A DNA stretch of 64,000 bases from Thermodesulfobacteriota bacterium. GTDB lineage: Bacteria; Desulfobacterota; Desulfobacteria; Desulfobacterales; C00003060. This document shows positions 39,976 through 49,648 of the stretch, in pieces. Every line of letters begins with the position of its first letter. Position 1 is the first letter of the stretch. Made by a program: the position numbers and the translations under genes. The stretch spans positions 64,619 to 128,618 of the forward strand of contig JAXHVD010000001.1 of the NCBI GenBank assembly GCA_034189385.1, written 5' to 3'. The notes below the pieces were generated by a model that was given only the letters and a program-made list of their open reading frames with translations, was not told where the DNA came from and searched no databases.

Positions 39976-41157
39976 ATGACAATAGCTGCAAAGATTGATG
40001 CTGTTTTGGAGAAGGCTTCTTGGATTCGGAAGATGTTTGAGGAAGGAGCCCGGCTTAAGGCCGAATACGGTGCTGAAAATGTCTTTGACTTCAGCTTGGG
40101 AAATCCAAACCTTGAACCCCCTGAGCACTTTAAAGAGGCCCTGATTCGTACGGCCAAGGCAACGGGTACGGGGCACCACAGCTACATGCCCAACACGGGA
40201 TATGCCTCCGTCAGGCAGGCTGTTGCGGAGTTTCTTTCAAAGGAGCAGGGACTTTCCGTGTCGGCAGATGAGGTGATCATGACCTGTGGCGCTGCAGGGG
40301 CCTTGAATGTGATCTTGAAAACCATTTTGGATCCGGGTGACGAGGTGATTACACCGGCCCCCTACTTTGTGGAATACGGTTTTTATGTGGACAACCACGG
40401 GGGAGCGCTTAAGACAGTGGCTACTCAATCGGACTTCTCTCTTGACCTTGAGGCCATCGAGGGTGCCATTACGCCAAAAACCAAGGCCGTGCTCATCAAT
40501 TCGCCCAACAACCCTTCCGGTCAAGTCTATTCGAAAGAGAGCTTGTTGGCATTGGGCGATCTCTTACGAGAGGAGGGCGGCAGACGAAAGCGCACCATTT
40601 ATCTTATTTCAGACGAACCCTATAGAAAGATCACCTTTGACGGGATCTCCGTGCCAGCTCTGTTTTCCTGTTATGCCGAGAGCATGATCGCAACGTCATA
40701 TTCAAAGGACCTTTCTGTCCCTGGAGAACGGATAGGCTTTCTGGCCGTGAATCCGGGCGCGACTTACAAAGATGACCTTATGGCTGGCATGGCCCTTGCG
40801 AACCGTATCTTGGGGTACGTGAACGCCCCTGCCTTGATGCAGCGTGCCATTGAGTCCCTGCAGGGGGTATCGGTGGACATGTCGATTTACCAGGCAAAAC
40901 GGGATCTGCTCTGCGACGGCCTCTCTGATTGCGGATATGAGTTTGTGAAGCCCAAGGGGGCGTTCTATCTCTTTCCCAAGGCACCCATCGCCGATGATGT
41001 GGCCTTTGTCCATAGCCTGCAGGAAGAACGTATCCTGACTGTGCCAGGAAGAGGGTTTGGATCTCCTGGTTTCTTTCGCATTGCCTTTTGTGTGGATGAC
41101 AACACGATCAAAAAGGCCATGCCGGGCTTTGAGCGGGTACTGAAACAGTGTCGATGA
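39976..41157 (+). CDS. Pyridoxal-phosphate-dependent aminotransferase (class I, AlaA/AspC-like)
   Basis: FSLGNPNLEPP, NSPNNPSGQVY, YSKDLSVPGERIGF (PLP lysine), PGRGFG. The ORF-track start at 39739 has no support, so I trimmed it to ATG 39976. Confidence 0.85.
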   Translation: MTIAAKIDAVLEKASWIRKMFEEGARLKAEYGAENVFDFSLGNPNLEPPEHFKEALIRTAKATGTGHHSYMPNTGYASVRQAVAEFLSKEQGLSVSADEVIMTCGAAGALNVILKTILDPGDEVITPAPYFVEYGFYVDNHGGALKTVATQSDFSLDLEAIEGAITPKTKAVLINSPNNPSGQVYSKESLLALGDLLREEGGRRKRTIYLISDEPYRKITFDGISVPALFSCYAESMIATSYSKDLSVPGERIGFLAVNPGATYKDDLMAGMALANRILGYVNAPALMQRAIESLQGVSVDMSIYQAKRDLLCDGLSDCGYEFVKPKGAFYLFPKAPIADDVAFVHSLQEERILTVPGRGFGSPGFFRIAFCVDDNTIKKAMPGFERVLKQCR

Positions 41158-41283
41158 TGATCCAGGATGCTCAAGTGGATCTCTCAATGCGGATTTCTTG
41201 AAGTATGCTCACTTGTTTCACCCTATTTCTTCTTCAGGCCAAATGATGGGTGTCTACTTCTGACCCGCCCTGGGGCATTCTCC

Positions 41284-41319
41284 TTGACAATATCGCTTTG
41301 TTTTGCCAATTAAACAAAG
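41284..41319 (+). promoter_or_regulatory. Candidate promoter with an overlapping operator-like inverted repeat upstream of the ABC operon
   Basis: TTGACA at 41284-41289 with a weak -10 (caatta/aattaa, ~41307-41313). An 8-bp perfect inverted repeat, ctttgttt (41296-41303) and aaacaaag (41312-41319), has an 8-nt spacer and covers the -10 region. Confidence 0.3.
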
Positions 41320-41461
41320 TTTGTGGCTGCTCAGCCCTCGAGCACAGGGTGGGGCGCCATTTGAATGGAGAAAGGGCGCTGCTTAAGAGGAGATTTCTTG
41401 CATAGGGTCTTCTCAGGCCGGTCCGTTATCACCTTTTAGAAAATAGCGGAGGTTTTCGTAG

Positions 41462-42283
41462 GTGGTTCAATCAAATGGAAAGAAAGACGGTGAGGTCCTC
41501 CTAGAATTGGAGGACGTTCACATGTATTTTGGAAGGGTCGGTGCTCTGGCGGGTGTGAGTCTGGGCGTGAAAAAAGGGGATATCCATTCTATCATAGGGC
41601 CCAACGGGGCGGGCAAGACCGTCATGATGAATTGCATAAACGGCCTATACCGCCCACAGAAGGGGAATATCTATTTCAAAGGACAAGAGATCAGTAAACT
41701 CAAACCACATGAACGGGCCAAGCTCGGTATCGCTAGGACCTTTCAAAAAGTTGAGGTCTTTGGCGGGATGACCGTCCTTGGAAATATCAGGCTCGGTCGC
41801 CACATCCATCTCAAGTCCGGCATTGCCAGCGGTGCACTGTATCTGGGCAAAACGGCCTGCGAGGAGATCGAACACCGGGCCTATATCGAAGAGGAGATCA
41901 TTGATCTTCTGGAGATCGAGCATATCAGGGACAAGCCAGTGGGGATGCTCCCCTATGGTCTCCAAAAGCGGGTAGAACTGGGACGGGCCCTTGCCCTGGA
42001 GCCCGAGCTTCTCATTTTGGATGAACCCCTGGCTGGTCTGAATCTGGAAGAAGTGGAGGACATGGCGCGCTTCATCCTGGATATTAATGAGGAAGAACGC
42101 TGGAAGGTCACCTGTATCCTAGTGGAACATGATATGGGAGTGGTGATGGATTTGTCTGATCGTGTATTTGTGCTGAACTTTGGAAATAAGATCATAGACG
42201 GACCACCGGAAGACGTCCAGAATCATCCTGAGGTGATTAAGGCCTATCTTGGTGAAGAGGACCTATACGCTACACGGAGGTAG
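41462..42283 (+). CDS. ABC transporter ATP-binding protein (LivG-like, HAAT family)
   Basis: Walker A GPNGAGKT, signature LPYGLQKRVELGRAL, Walker B LLILDEPLAGL. GTG start. Confidence 0.85.
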   Translation: MVQSNGKKDGEVLLELEDVHMYFGRVGALAGVSLGVKKGDIHSIIGPNGAGKTVMMNCINGLYRPQKGNIYFKGQEISKLKPHERAKLGIARTFQKVEVFGGMTVLGNIRLGRHIHLKSGIASGALYLGKTACEEIEHRAYIEEEIIDLLEIEHIRDKPVGMLPYGLQKRVELGRALALEPELLILDEPLAGLNLEEVEDMARFILDINEEERWKVTCILVEHDMGVVMDLSDRVFVLNFGNKIIDGPPEDVQNHPEVIKAYLGEEDLYATRR

Positions 42284-42295
42284 GGGCATTTCAAC

Positions 42296-44203
42296 ATGGA
42301 GATTACAAAGGATCTAACCATTCCCAAACTGTTTTACGCGCGGGGCAAGGCCTACGGCAAGAATAAGGTGGCCATGCGCGAGAAGGAGTTCGGCATCTGG
42401 CGGCCCATTACGTGGGCAGACTATCTGGAAAATGTCAAATACCTTGCACTGGGTCTGATTCGCCTTGGCTTAACAGATGGGGATAAGGTGGCCATGATCG
42501 GTGACAACCGTCCCGAGGGCTTGTGGGCCGAGATGGCCACACTCTGTGCCCGGGGGGTGGGGGTTTGGCTTTTCCAGGACTGCCTCATGGAGGAGGTCAA
42601 GTATATTGTTGATCATTCCGACACAAGATTCTTGTTTGGTGAGGGGCAAGAAGAGATAGACAAGGCCATTTCTATTTTTGATAAATGTCCCAACTTGGAA
42701 AGGATCATTTGGGACGACCCCAAAGGGATGCGAAACTACGACGAAGACTACCTCATCAGTCTCAAAGAAGTTCAAGCATTGGGCAGGGAACTCGAACAAG
42801 AGGAGCCGGGTCTTTTTGAAGAGATGGTCTATAAGGGACATGGAGATGAAGTGGCGCTACTTTTCTACACGTCAGGTACGACGGCACTACCCAAGGGGGC
42901 CTTACTGTCTCACTATAACCTGCTTAGCATGGGAAAGAACCTCATGTCCGTCGATCCGTGTTTGGACACGGACGATTTCGTCTCATACCTTCCTTTTGCG
43001 TGGATTGGCGAGCAGATGATGTCCATTTCCTGCGGCCTTCAGATAGGATTTACTATCAATTTTCCGGAAGAACCTGAAACTGCCCAGGAGAACATCCGCG
43101 AGATAGGGCCCCATGTGATGTTTGCACCTCCCCGTCTATATGAACAGATGACGCGCACCGTGCAGGTGAAATATCTGGATGCCTCTTGGATCAAGAGGAA
43201 GTGCTACGAGTTGACGTCCAAGGTCGGCTACCATGTGGCCGACATGGAGTTCCAAAAAAAGCGGGTTCCGTGGTATTGGAAGCTACTCAAATGGCTGGCC
43301 TACATCGCCATGCAGAAAAAACTCAAGGATCACTTGGGACTCACTCGGGTGCGCAATGCCTATACTGGTGGCGCGGCCATGGGACCGGACCACTTTCGTT
43401 TCTTTCACGCCCTGGGTGTGAATCTCAAGCAAATCTATGGGCAGACCGAGATTGCGGGGATTTCCGTTGTCCACAGAACGGGGGATATCAAGTTCGACAC
43501 CGTTGGTGTGCCCATTGTGGAGACGGAGGTGAAGATTACCGAGGAAGGCGAGATCATCTCAAAGAGTCCCTCTGTGTTTCTTGGCTACTACAAGAATCCT
43601 GAGGCCACCAAAGAGACCCTGAGAGACGGGTGGCTCTATTCAGGCGATAAGGGCTTTCTTGACGAGGACGGCCATCTGGTGGTCTTTGATCGCTCCAAAG
43701 ATGTCATGACCCTCAAAGACGGCAGACCCTTTTCTCCCCAATACCTGGAGACGCGCCTGAAGTTCAGCCCCTATCTAAGGGATGCGTGGGTTGTGGGAGA
43801 CAATCGAGATTATGTGACAGCCGTTACCTGTATCGACTATTCCGTGGTGGGCAAGTGGGCTGACGAAAAAAAGATCACCTATACGACCTACCCAGAGCTT
43901 TCTCAGAAGCCCAAGGTATATGATTTGGTAGAAAAGCAGATCGCCCAGGCAAACAAGGACCTCCCTGAGGTGGCTAGGGTCAAAAAATTTATCAACCTTT
44001 ACAAGGAGTTTGATCCTGACGATGATGAGCTTACAAGGACTCGGAAACTAAGGCGTGCCTTTGTAGAGAAAAGGTACGAAGAGATCGTGGAGGCCCTGTA
44101 CTCTGACAAGGATGTGGTTCATATAGACACCACCATCACCTATGAAGACGGACGAAAGTCCCATATTAAGACCGATCTTCACATCCGACAGGTGAAGGAT
44201 TGA
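42296..44203 (+). CDS. AMP-dependent acyl-CoA synthetase (long-chain fatty-acid-CoA ligase-like)
   Basis: LFYTSGTTALPKGALLSH, YGQTEIAG, GWLYSGDKGFLDEDGHLVVFDRSKD. 635 aa, placed between the ATPase and permease genes. Confidence 0.85.
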   Translation: MEITKDLTIPKLFYARGKAYGKNKVAMREKEFGIWRPITWADYLENVKYLALGLIRLGLTDGDKVAMIGDNRPEGLWAEMATLCARGVGVWLFQDCLMEEVKYIVDHSDTRFLFGEGQEEIDKAISIFDKCPNLERIIWDDPKGMRNYDEDYLISLKEVQALGRELEQEEPGLFEEMVYKGHGDEVALLFYTSGTTALPKGALLSHYNLLSMGKNLMSVDPCLDTDDFVSYLPFAWIGEQMMSISCGLQIGFTINFPEEPETAQENIREIGPHVMFAPPRLYEQMTRTVQVKYLDASWIKRKCYELTSKVGYHVADMEFQKKRVPWYWKLLKWLAYIAMQKKLKDHLGLTRVRNAYTGGAAMGPDHFRFFHALGVNLKQIYGQTEIAGISVVHRTGDIKFDTVGVPIVETEVKITEEGEIISKSPSVFLGYYKNPEATKETLRDGWLYSGDKGFLDEDGHLVVFDRSKDVMTLKDGRPFSPQYLETRLKFSPYLRDAWVVGDNRDYVTAVTCIDYSVVGKWADEKKITYTTYPELSQKPKVYDLVEKQIAQANKDLPEVARVKKFINLYKEFDPDDDELTRTRKLRRAFVEKRYEEIVEALYSDKDVVHIDTTITYEDGRKSHIKTDLHIRQVKD

Positions 44204-44286
44204 TCGATTTAGATATGGAGCTAGGGCCCATTGATTTAATTTGCCAATTCCTAAATCCCTGAATCTCGAATTTAGGAGAAGATCCC

Positions 44287-45171
44287 ATGGAACTGTTCTT
44301 GATGACGTTGACAACAGGCGTTATGGTGGGGGGCATATACGCCCTCATAGCCCTCGGATGGGTGTTGATATACAAATGCTCGGGTGTGCTGAATCTGGCC
44401 ATGGGAGAACTGACCCTTATCGGGGCCTATGTTTCCATGAGCTTTTACTCTATGGGCATCCCTTTTCTTCTTTCCCTCCTCTTTTCTCTGATCATCGGAT
44501 TTGTCCTGGGGGTCCTGACAGAGAGGATCTTCCTGGACCGACTTATTGGAGAGCCCATCCTGGCAGTCATCATGGTTACCGTGGGGCTTTCCTTTTTCTT
44601 TCGGGGGGTTGTAGAGTTTATTTGGGGTACCGATACGCGGGTATTCACCCCGCCGGTCTTTTCGTTGGAACCGATTCACATTGGAACCTTGGTTATCGGT
44701 CGGGTCTATCTGTGGAGCTTTTTGGCAGCCCTTGTTCTGTTATGTGCCTTCGTGTGTTTCTTTCAGTACACCCGCTGGGGCCTTGCCATGCAGGCCACGG
44801 CTGATGACGAAATGGCGGCCCTTTCCCTTGGGGTGAGCGCGCGCTTTGTTTATGCTACGGCCTGGGCCATAGCCTTCATGGCGGCCGGCGTAGGGGGCAC
44901 TCTGTTGGGAAACATCAACGGGCTAAATATCTCCGTGGGCTACCTTGGACTCTTGGTGCTGCCGGCCGTGGTCCTGGGAGGGCTCAATTCCGTGCCTGGA
45001 GCCATCATGGGGGGGATTATCATCGGCGTGTTACAGAATATGTGCGGGGCCTACCTGGACAGGTTTTTCCCTGGTGGCGTGAAAGAGGTTGCCCCCTTTG
45101 CCTTTATGGCCATTTTTTTACTCTTCAAACCCTATGGGCTTTGGGGCTGGGAGAGAATCGAAAGGGTATAA
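44287..45171 (+). CDS. Branched-chain-amino-acid-type ABC permease (LivH-like)
   Basis: 294 aa and multi-TM. GGIYALIALGWVLIYKCSGVLNLAMGE is the typical LivH N-terminus. Confidence 0.85.
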   Translation: MELFLMTLTTGVMVGGIYALIALGWVLIYKCSGVLNLAMGELTLIGAYVSMSFYSMGIPFLLSLLFSLIIGFVLGVLTERIFLDRLIGEPILAVIMVTVGLSFFFRGVVEFIWGTDTRVFTPPVFSLEPIHIGTLVIGRVYLWSFLAALVLLCAFVCFFQYTRWGLAMQATADDEMAALSLGVSARFVYATAWAIAFMAAGVGGTLLGNINGLNISVGYLGLLVLPAVVLGGLNSVPGAIMGGIIIGVLQNMCGAYLDRFFPGGVKEVAPFAFMAIFLLFKPYGLWGWERIERV

Positions 45172-45178
45172 TAGAGCC

Positions 45179-45349
45179 AAGTGCCTAAAGTGAACTAAAG
45201 TGCCTAAAGTGAGCTGAAGTTGCACTTGATGACTGCGTCATGAGCAAAGCAGCAGTCATCTCAGGCATGGCATGAACGTTGTGAGACTTCAGCTTATCCG
45301 TTGATGAATTGTTTCAACTTCAGGCATTTTAGCTCACTCTAGTCACTTA
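45179..45349. repeat. Decamer-array inverted-repeat element, copy B
   Basis: Left arm at 45179-45221: aagtgcctaaag tgaactaaag tgcctaaag tgagctgaag tt. The right arm (45316-45349) reads, reverse-complemented, taagtgactagag tgagctaaaa tgcctgaag tt. The core has a 9-bp hairpin, gatgactgc (45228-45236) paired with gcagtcatc (45252-45260). Confidence 0.8.
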
Positions 45350-45365
45350 GAACGGAGTCGATCCT

Positions 45366-46466
45366 ATGTCCACAACATTTCTTCCTTGCGGCGTATACCA
45401 CGAAGACTACAGGCAAGATCATGCCTGGTGGCAGACGAAGTTTGTCAGGGGGAAGATGGTTTTACTCTTTTTCGTTCTATTTTTGGGCATCCCCCTGTTT
45501 GCGGACGAGTATTGGATAAGCGTTTGTAATCAGGTTGGCTACACCATCTTGGGGGCTTTGGGCGTGCAGCTTCTGATCGGCTATTGCGGACAAATAACCC
45601 TCGGCCATGCGGCGTTCCTTGCCGTGGGCGCCTATACCAGCACCTTGCTTATCTTGGAATTTCCCTGGCCTAATTTCCTGGTGGATTGGGGGATCGCCTA
45701 TCCAATGAGTATTGTCATTGCTGCTGTGGTGGCAGGCATCTGGAGTGTACTCTTTGGTCTTCCATCGGCCAAGGTAAAGGGGTTTTATTTGATCTTAACG
45801 ACCATGGCAGCTCAGTTCATTACCGTGGATTTCATCCTCACCCAGTATGTGAGCCAGATCGGCGGTCGGGGTCAGGCCTTTTCACTGCCTCCAGGGACTA
45901 TCAAGGTTGGCCCTTGGGTCATTGATAGCGCCCTCAAGATCTATTTCATGATGATTGTCTTGGTGATCGGGTGTGTCATCGGCCTATCCAACCTGCTGAG
46001 GTCCAGGGTAGGCAGGGCTTGGGTGGCCATCAGGGACAATGATATTTCCGCCGAGGTCATGGGAATCAACGTGGTGAAATACAAACTCCTTGCCTTTTTT
46101 GTAGCCGGTTTTGTGGGCGGCATTGCTGGGGCCTTTTGGATCAGCAATCTGGCAGCTATCAGCCCTGAGCATTTTCCCTGGTTCTGGTCCCTGTGGTTGG
46201 TGGGAGTCATTCTCATAGGGGGCGTGGGTTCCATGCACGGGACGATCTTCGGTTCCCTGTTCATGGTGGTCGTCATGGAGGTGTTGCAACTGGCCATCAT
46301 ACCCCTTGCCGACACCTACCCGAAGTTGCTGATGGATTTCTTGTTTATCAAGGAGTCTGCGTTCGGGCTGGCTATCTGTGCTTTTCTGATTTTTGAGCCG
46401 AACGGATTAGCCTATCGTTGGTGGCAGATTAAAAACTATTTCAATCTTTGGCCATTCTCATATTAG
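45366..46466 (+). CDS. Branched-chain-amino-acid-type ABC permease (LivM-like)
   Basis: 366 aa and multi-TM. LIGYCGQITLGHAAFLAVGAYT motif. Confidence 0.85.
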   Translation: MSTTFLPCGVYHEDYRQDHAWWQTKFVRGKMVLLFFVLFLGIPLFADEYWISVCNQVGYTILGALGVQLLIGYCGQITLGHAAFLAVGAYTSTLLILEFPWPNFLVDWGIAYPMSIVIAAVVAGIWSVLFGLPSAKVKGFYLILTTMAAQFITVDFILTQYVSQIGGRGQAFSLPPGTIKVGPWVIDSALKIYFMMIVLVIGCVIGLSNLLRSRVGRAWVAIRDNDISAEVMGINVVKYKLLAFFVAGFVGGIAGAFWISNLAAISPEHFPWFWSLWLVGVILIGGVGSMHGTIFGSLFMVVVMEVLQLAIIPLADTYPKLLMDFLFIKESAFGLAICAFLIFEPNGLAYRWWQIKNYFNLWPFSY

Positions 46467-46546
46467 ACATAGAAAGGGGGGAAGACAGATCACTTAGGTC
46501 GTGGTTCGCGTTTGAAGAGTCTCTATTCTATGAAGGAGGAGAGGAA

Positions 46547-47797
46547 ATGATGAGCACGAAGAGTCTATTGTCCAAATTTTTGGTGCCGTTGTTCTCGCTG
46601 GCGATATTGGTGGGATTTGTGGTGCCCGGCGGGGCCGAAACCATCAATGTCGGTGCCTTGAATGACATGACGGGGGCCACCTCTGACGTTGGCAAGGATT
46701 ATGCTCTAGGCATCGCAGAGGCGATTCATTATGTCAATGACACCGGAGGGATCAATGGTAAACAGATCAAGCTGTATCAATTTGATTATGGCTACCGTGT
46801 GCCAGAGGCATTGACCAAATACAATCTTTTTAAACGGCTTAAGTGTGTGGCCGTTCTCGGATGGGGCACCGGCGACACTGAGGCCCTTTCCCCCACCATT
46901 ACTAAGGACAAGATACCCTATGTGTCGGCCTCCTATTCAGGCCACCTGACAGATCCCAAAAAGACTCCCTATAATCTCTTCTTTGCCACCGACTATTCCA
47001 CCAATGCCAGGGCTGCAATCACGGCTTGGTTTGACAAGCGGTGGCCAAAACATAAGGACTACGGAAAAAGGACACCCCGATTTGCCTGCTCTTACATGTT
47101 TGCGTCGCCCTACTGCAGTGCCCCCATAAAGGCAATAAAGGATCAAGCGACGATCTTGGGGTTTGAAATTGGTTCGGATCAGGATGTGTCCCTTTTTGCA
47201 ATTGATACCAAGAGCCAGGTCTTGGCATTAAAGGAATTTAAGCCTGATGTGGTCTGGCACGGAAACACGACCATGTCTGTGGCCGCCACCTTAAGGGATG
47301 CCTATGCCATGGGCCTTGGCGCAGATCACATCATCAACAACTGGGGCTTTGATGAGAATCTACCCCGATTGGCAGGTGAGGCAGCCGAAGGGGCCATGGG
47401 GGCTGCTGTGTGTGCCTTCTTCGGAGAAGACGTGCCTGAAATGGACAAAGTGCTAGAATATGCCAAGAAGTACAACCCCGGTGTTCCAGCAGAAAAGCGC
47501 CTTATTCGAACAGTCCAGGGCTGGGGGGCCGTCAAGATCCTGGCGGAGGCATTGAAGAGGGCTGACAAGGCCGGCGATCTGAGCGGCGAGAGCATCTTGA
47601 AGAATGGGTTTGAGACCATGAAAGATTTTGATATCGGCCTGGGCGCACCACCTGTTACCTTTACGTCCACTGATCACCGAGTAGCGGGCAAGGCGCCCAT
47701 CTACGAATGGAAAGATGGAAAATTCAGCGTGGTGGAGTTGGTTGATTTAAAGGGCCGCTGGCCGGAAAAGTGGGCCAACGAGTGGATCGGCTGGTAG
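46547..47797 (+). CDS. ABC transporter periplasmic substrate-binding protein (LivK-type, cluster B)
   Basis: Trimmed to MMSTKSLLSKFLVPLFSLAILVGFVVPGGA (signal peptide, GGAGGAGAGG SD). INVGALNDMTGATSDVGKDY is typical of Peripla_BP_6. Confidence 0.85.
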   Translation: MMSTKSLLSKFLVPLFSLAILVGFVVPGGAETINVGALNDMTGATSDVGKDYALGIAEAIHYVNDTGGINGKQIKLYQFDYGYRVPEALTKYNLFKRLKCVAVLGWGTGDTEALSPTITKDKIPYVSASYSGHLTDPKKTPYNLFFATDYSTNARAAITAWFDKRWPKHKDYGKRTPRFACSYMFASPYCSAPIKAIKDQATILGFEIGSDQDVSLFAIDTKSQVLALKEFKPDVVWHGNTTMSVAATLRDAYAMGLGADHIINNWGFDENLPRLAGEAAEGAMGAAVCAFFGEDVPEMDKVLEYAKKYNPGVPAEKRLIRTVQGWGAVKILAEALKRADKAGDLSGESILKNGFETMKDFDIGLGAPPVTFTSTDHRVAGKAPIYEWKDGKFSVVELVDLKGRWPEKWANEWIGW

Positions 47798-47825
47798 CGC
47801 CCAAGGCCCATAGGAGGTTCCAGGC

Positions 47826-48638
47826 TTGTCAGTAGAAAGTCCTATCTTAAAGATCAACAGCATAGAAGTAAAATACCACGAGGTGATCTTGGTCCTCAAA
47901 GGCGTCTCCATCCAGGTCCCTAAGGGCGGTATTGTGGCCCTCCTCGGGGCCAATGGGGCTGGCAAGAGTACCACCCTGAAAGCGGTCTCTGGTCTGCTGA
48001 AGCACGAGGACGGGGAGGTTACTGATGGTTCTATTGAGTTCCTGGATCAGCGCGTCGACAGGCTGGGCGCCGAGAAGATTGCCAAGATGGGCATTGTCCA
48101 GGTAATTGAAGGACGCAGGGTCTTTGAGCATCTCACGGTGGAACAGAACCTGAAGGTGGGGGCGCACCTGAGGAGAGACGGCAGGTCCGTCAAAGAGGGC
48201 CTCGAGATGGTGTACAACTACTTCCCAAGGCTGAGAGAGAAACGTAATGAAATCGCTGGGTTTGTCAGTGGTGGGGAACAACAGATGACAGTCGTTGGAC
48301 GTGCCCTCATGGCGAATCCCAAGCTGATTCTTCTTGATGAACCGTCTATGGGGCTTGCTCCGCTGCTTATCCATGAGATCTTCAATATCATTACACGGCT
48401 GAATCGAGAGGAGAATATCTCAATCCTCTTGGTGGAACAAAACGCCAAGCTTGCCCTTAGTGTGGCTCCTTATGCCTACGTGATGGAGAACGGTCGCATT
48501 GTCATGGACGACACAGCGGAGAAGCTTCGGGAAAACCCAGACATTAAGGACTTCTATTTGGGCCTTACCGATGTTGGAGGGAGAAAGAGCTTTCGTGACG
48601 TAAAACACTACAAGCGAAGAAAACGGTGGCTTACGTAA
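47826..48638 (+). CDS. ABC transporter ATP-binding protein (LivF-like)
   Basis: Walker A GANGAGKST, signature VSGGEQQM, Walker B LILLDEPSMGLAP. TTG start with AGGAGG SD. Confidence 0.85.
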   Translation: MSVESPILKINSIEVKYHEVILVLKGVSIQVPKGGIVALLGANGAGKSTTLKAVSGLLKHEDGEVTDGSIEFLDQRVDRLGAEKIAKMGIVQVIEGRRVFEHLTVEQNLKVGAHLRRDGRSVKEGLEMVYNYFPRLREKRNEIAGFVSGGEQQMTVVGRALMANPKLILLDEPSMGLAPLLIHEIFNIITRLNREENISILLVEQNAKLALSVAPYAYVMENGRIVMDDTAEKLRENPDIKDFYLGLTDVGGRKSFRDVKHYKRRKRWLT

Positions 48639-48666
48639 CCCTTGAATCGAAGTAGGGAGGTCAAAT

Positions 48667-49311
48667 ATGTGCAGGAGAACAGTCATACTCGCAGGCTTTT
48701 TTGTTATTGTTTTCAGCATGCTTCTGTTGGGGTGTGGGAATGGATCAGCGCCGACTGAGCAGAAAGCGTCTGTGGAAGGGCCAACGGAACAGAGTTTTGT
48801 CCCACCGGTGGTGAGTCTGAATTCTGTGGAAGTAGCTCATTACTGGGGTTGGTATTACTTTTCCAACAAAGTGGAGCCGACCAAAGGGAAGGCCGGAAAA
48901 TATGGAGCCCCCCTGGATCTGGCTTTCATATTTAATATTAAGAACCCCAATGCCTATCCCGTCATGATGGAGGATCTCAAATTCACAGTGGCCTTTGAGG
49001 AGTTTGATCTCAACACGGTGAGCTCTAATGAGGTCCAGTGGATCCCTGCAGGTAAGACCAACCAATTGCGGGTCCATGCCATGTTCGACGGGCAGCAGTC
49101 TTTGTTAAGCCTTCTTGTTACCGGAGGCTTTAAGTTGGAGGAAAAGGGGATGGGTGCAGGCCCAGGGGCGGCCCTTAAGCAATTGGAAACGTGGTGGACG
49201 GGCATCCCCGAGTTTTCTTTCCCTGTCCATGTGAAGGAGGGTTCTGCCGTCTTTAAGGCCGATAGCTTGACAAAGGTGGCCACCTTTGGCGGGACGTTTC
49301 CGCCACAATAG
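48667..49311 (+). CDS. Lipoprotein with a LEA_2 / NDR1-HIN1-like domain, function unknown
   Basis: Lipobox MLLLGCG. LDLAFIFNIKNPNAYPVMMEDLKFTVAFEEFDLNTVSSNEVQWIPAGKTNQLRV resembles the LEA_2 (WHy) pattern by eye. GGGAGG SD. Lies 28 nt after livF. Confidence 0.55.
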   Translation: MCRRTVILAGFFVIVFSMLLLGCGNGSAPTEQKASVEGPTEQSFVPPVVSLNSVEVAHYWGWYYFSNKVEPTKGKAGKYGAPLDLAFIFNIKNPNAYPVMMEDLKFTVAFEEFDLNTVSSNEVQWIPAGKTNQLRVHAMFDGQQSLLSLLVTGGFKLEEKGMGAGPGAALKQLETWWTGIPEFSFPVHVKEGSAVFKADSLTKVATFGGTFPPQ

Positions 49312-49648
49312 TGGGTCAAGGCGTGGGCATCCCCAGATGTGGCAGGGCTGACACAGGACACGGATGAGAGAGGGGTCGCCTACTGCAAAATATAGCGGTG
49401 ATTGCCGGAAGAATCGATATCTGTTGATTCTTCCGGCTTCACGCCTTCGGCGCAGCTGCCATGCTGCCTGCAAGGCATGGTGTTGTTAGGATCTCAATGA
49501 CGAGATTCTTCGAACAAGACGACGGTCCCGTGTCAATTCTTGCGCCACGGCAAGATGCCGAGTGTAAGAGGATATTTTCAGACACGAGGCACGTGACGAA
49601 GAGTGCAACCGAGGGATTGTTGTCTGCGCTTTTTGGAGATCGGTAACC

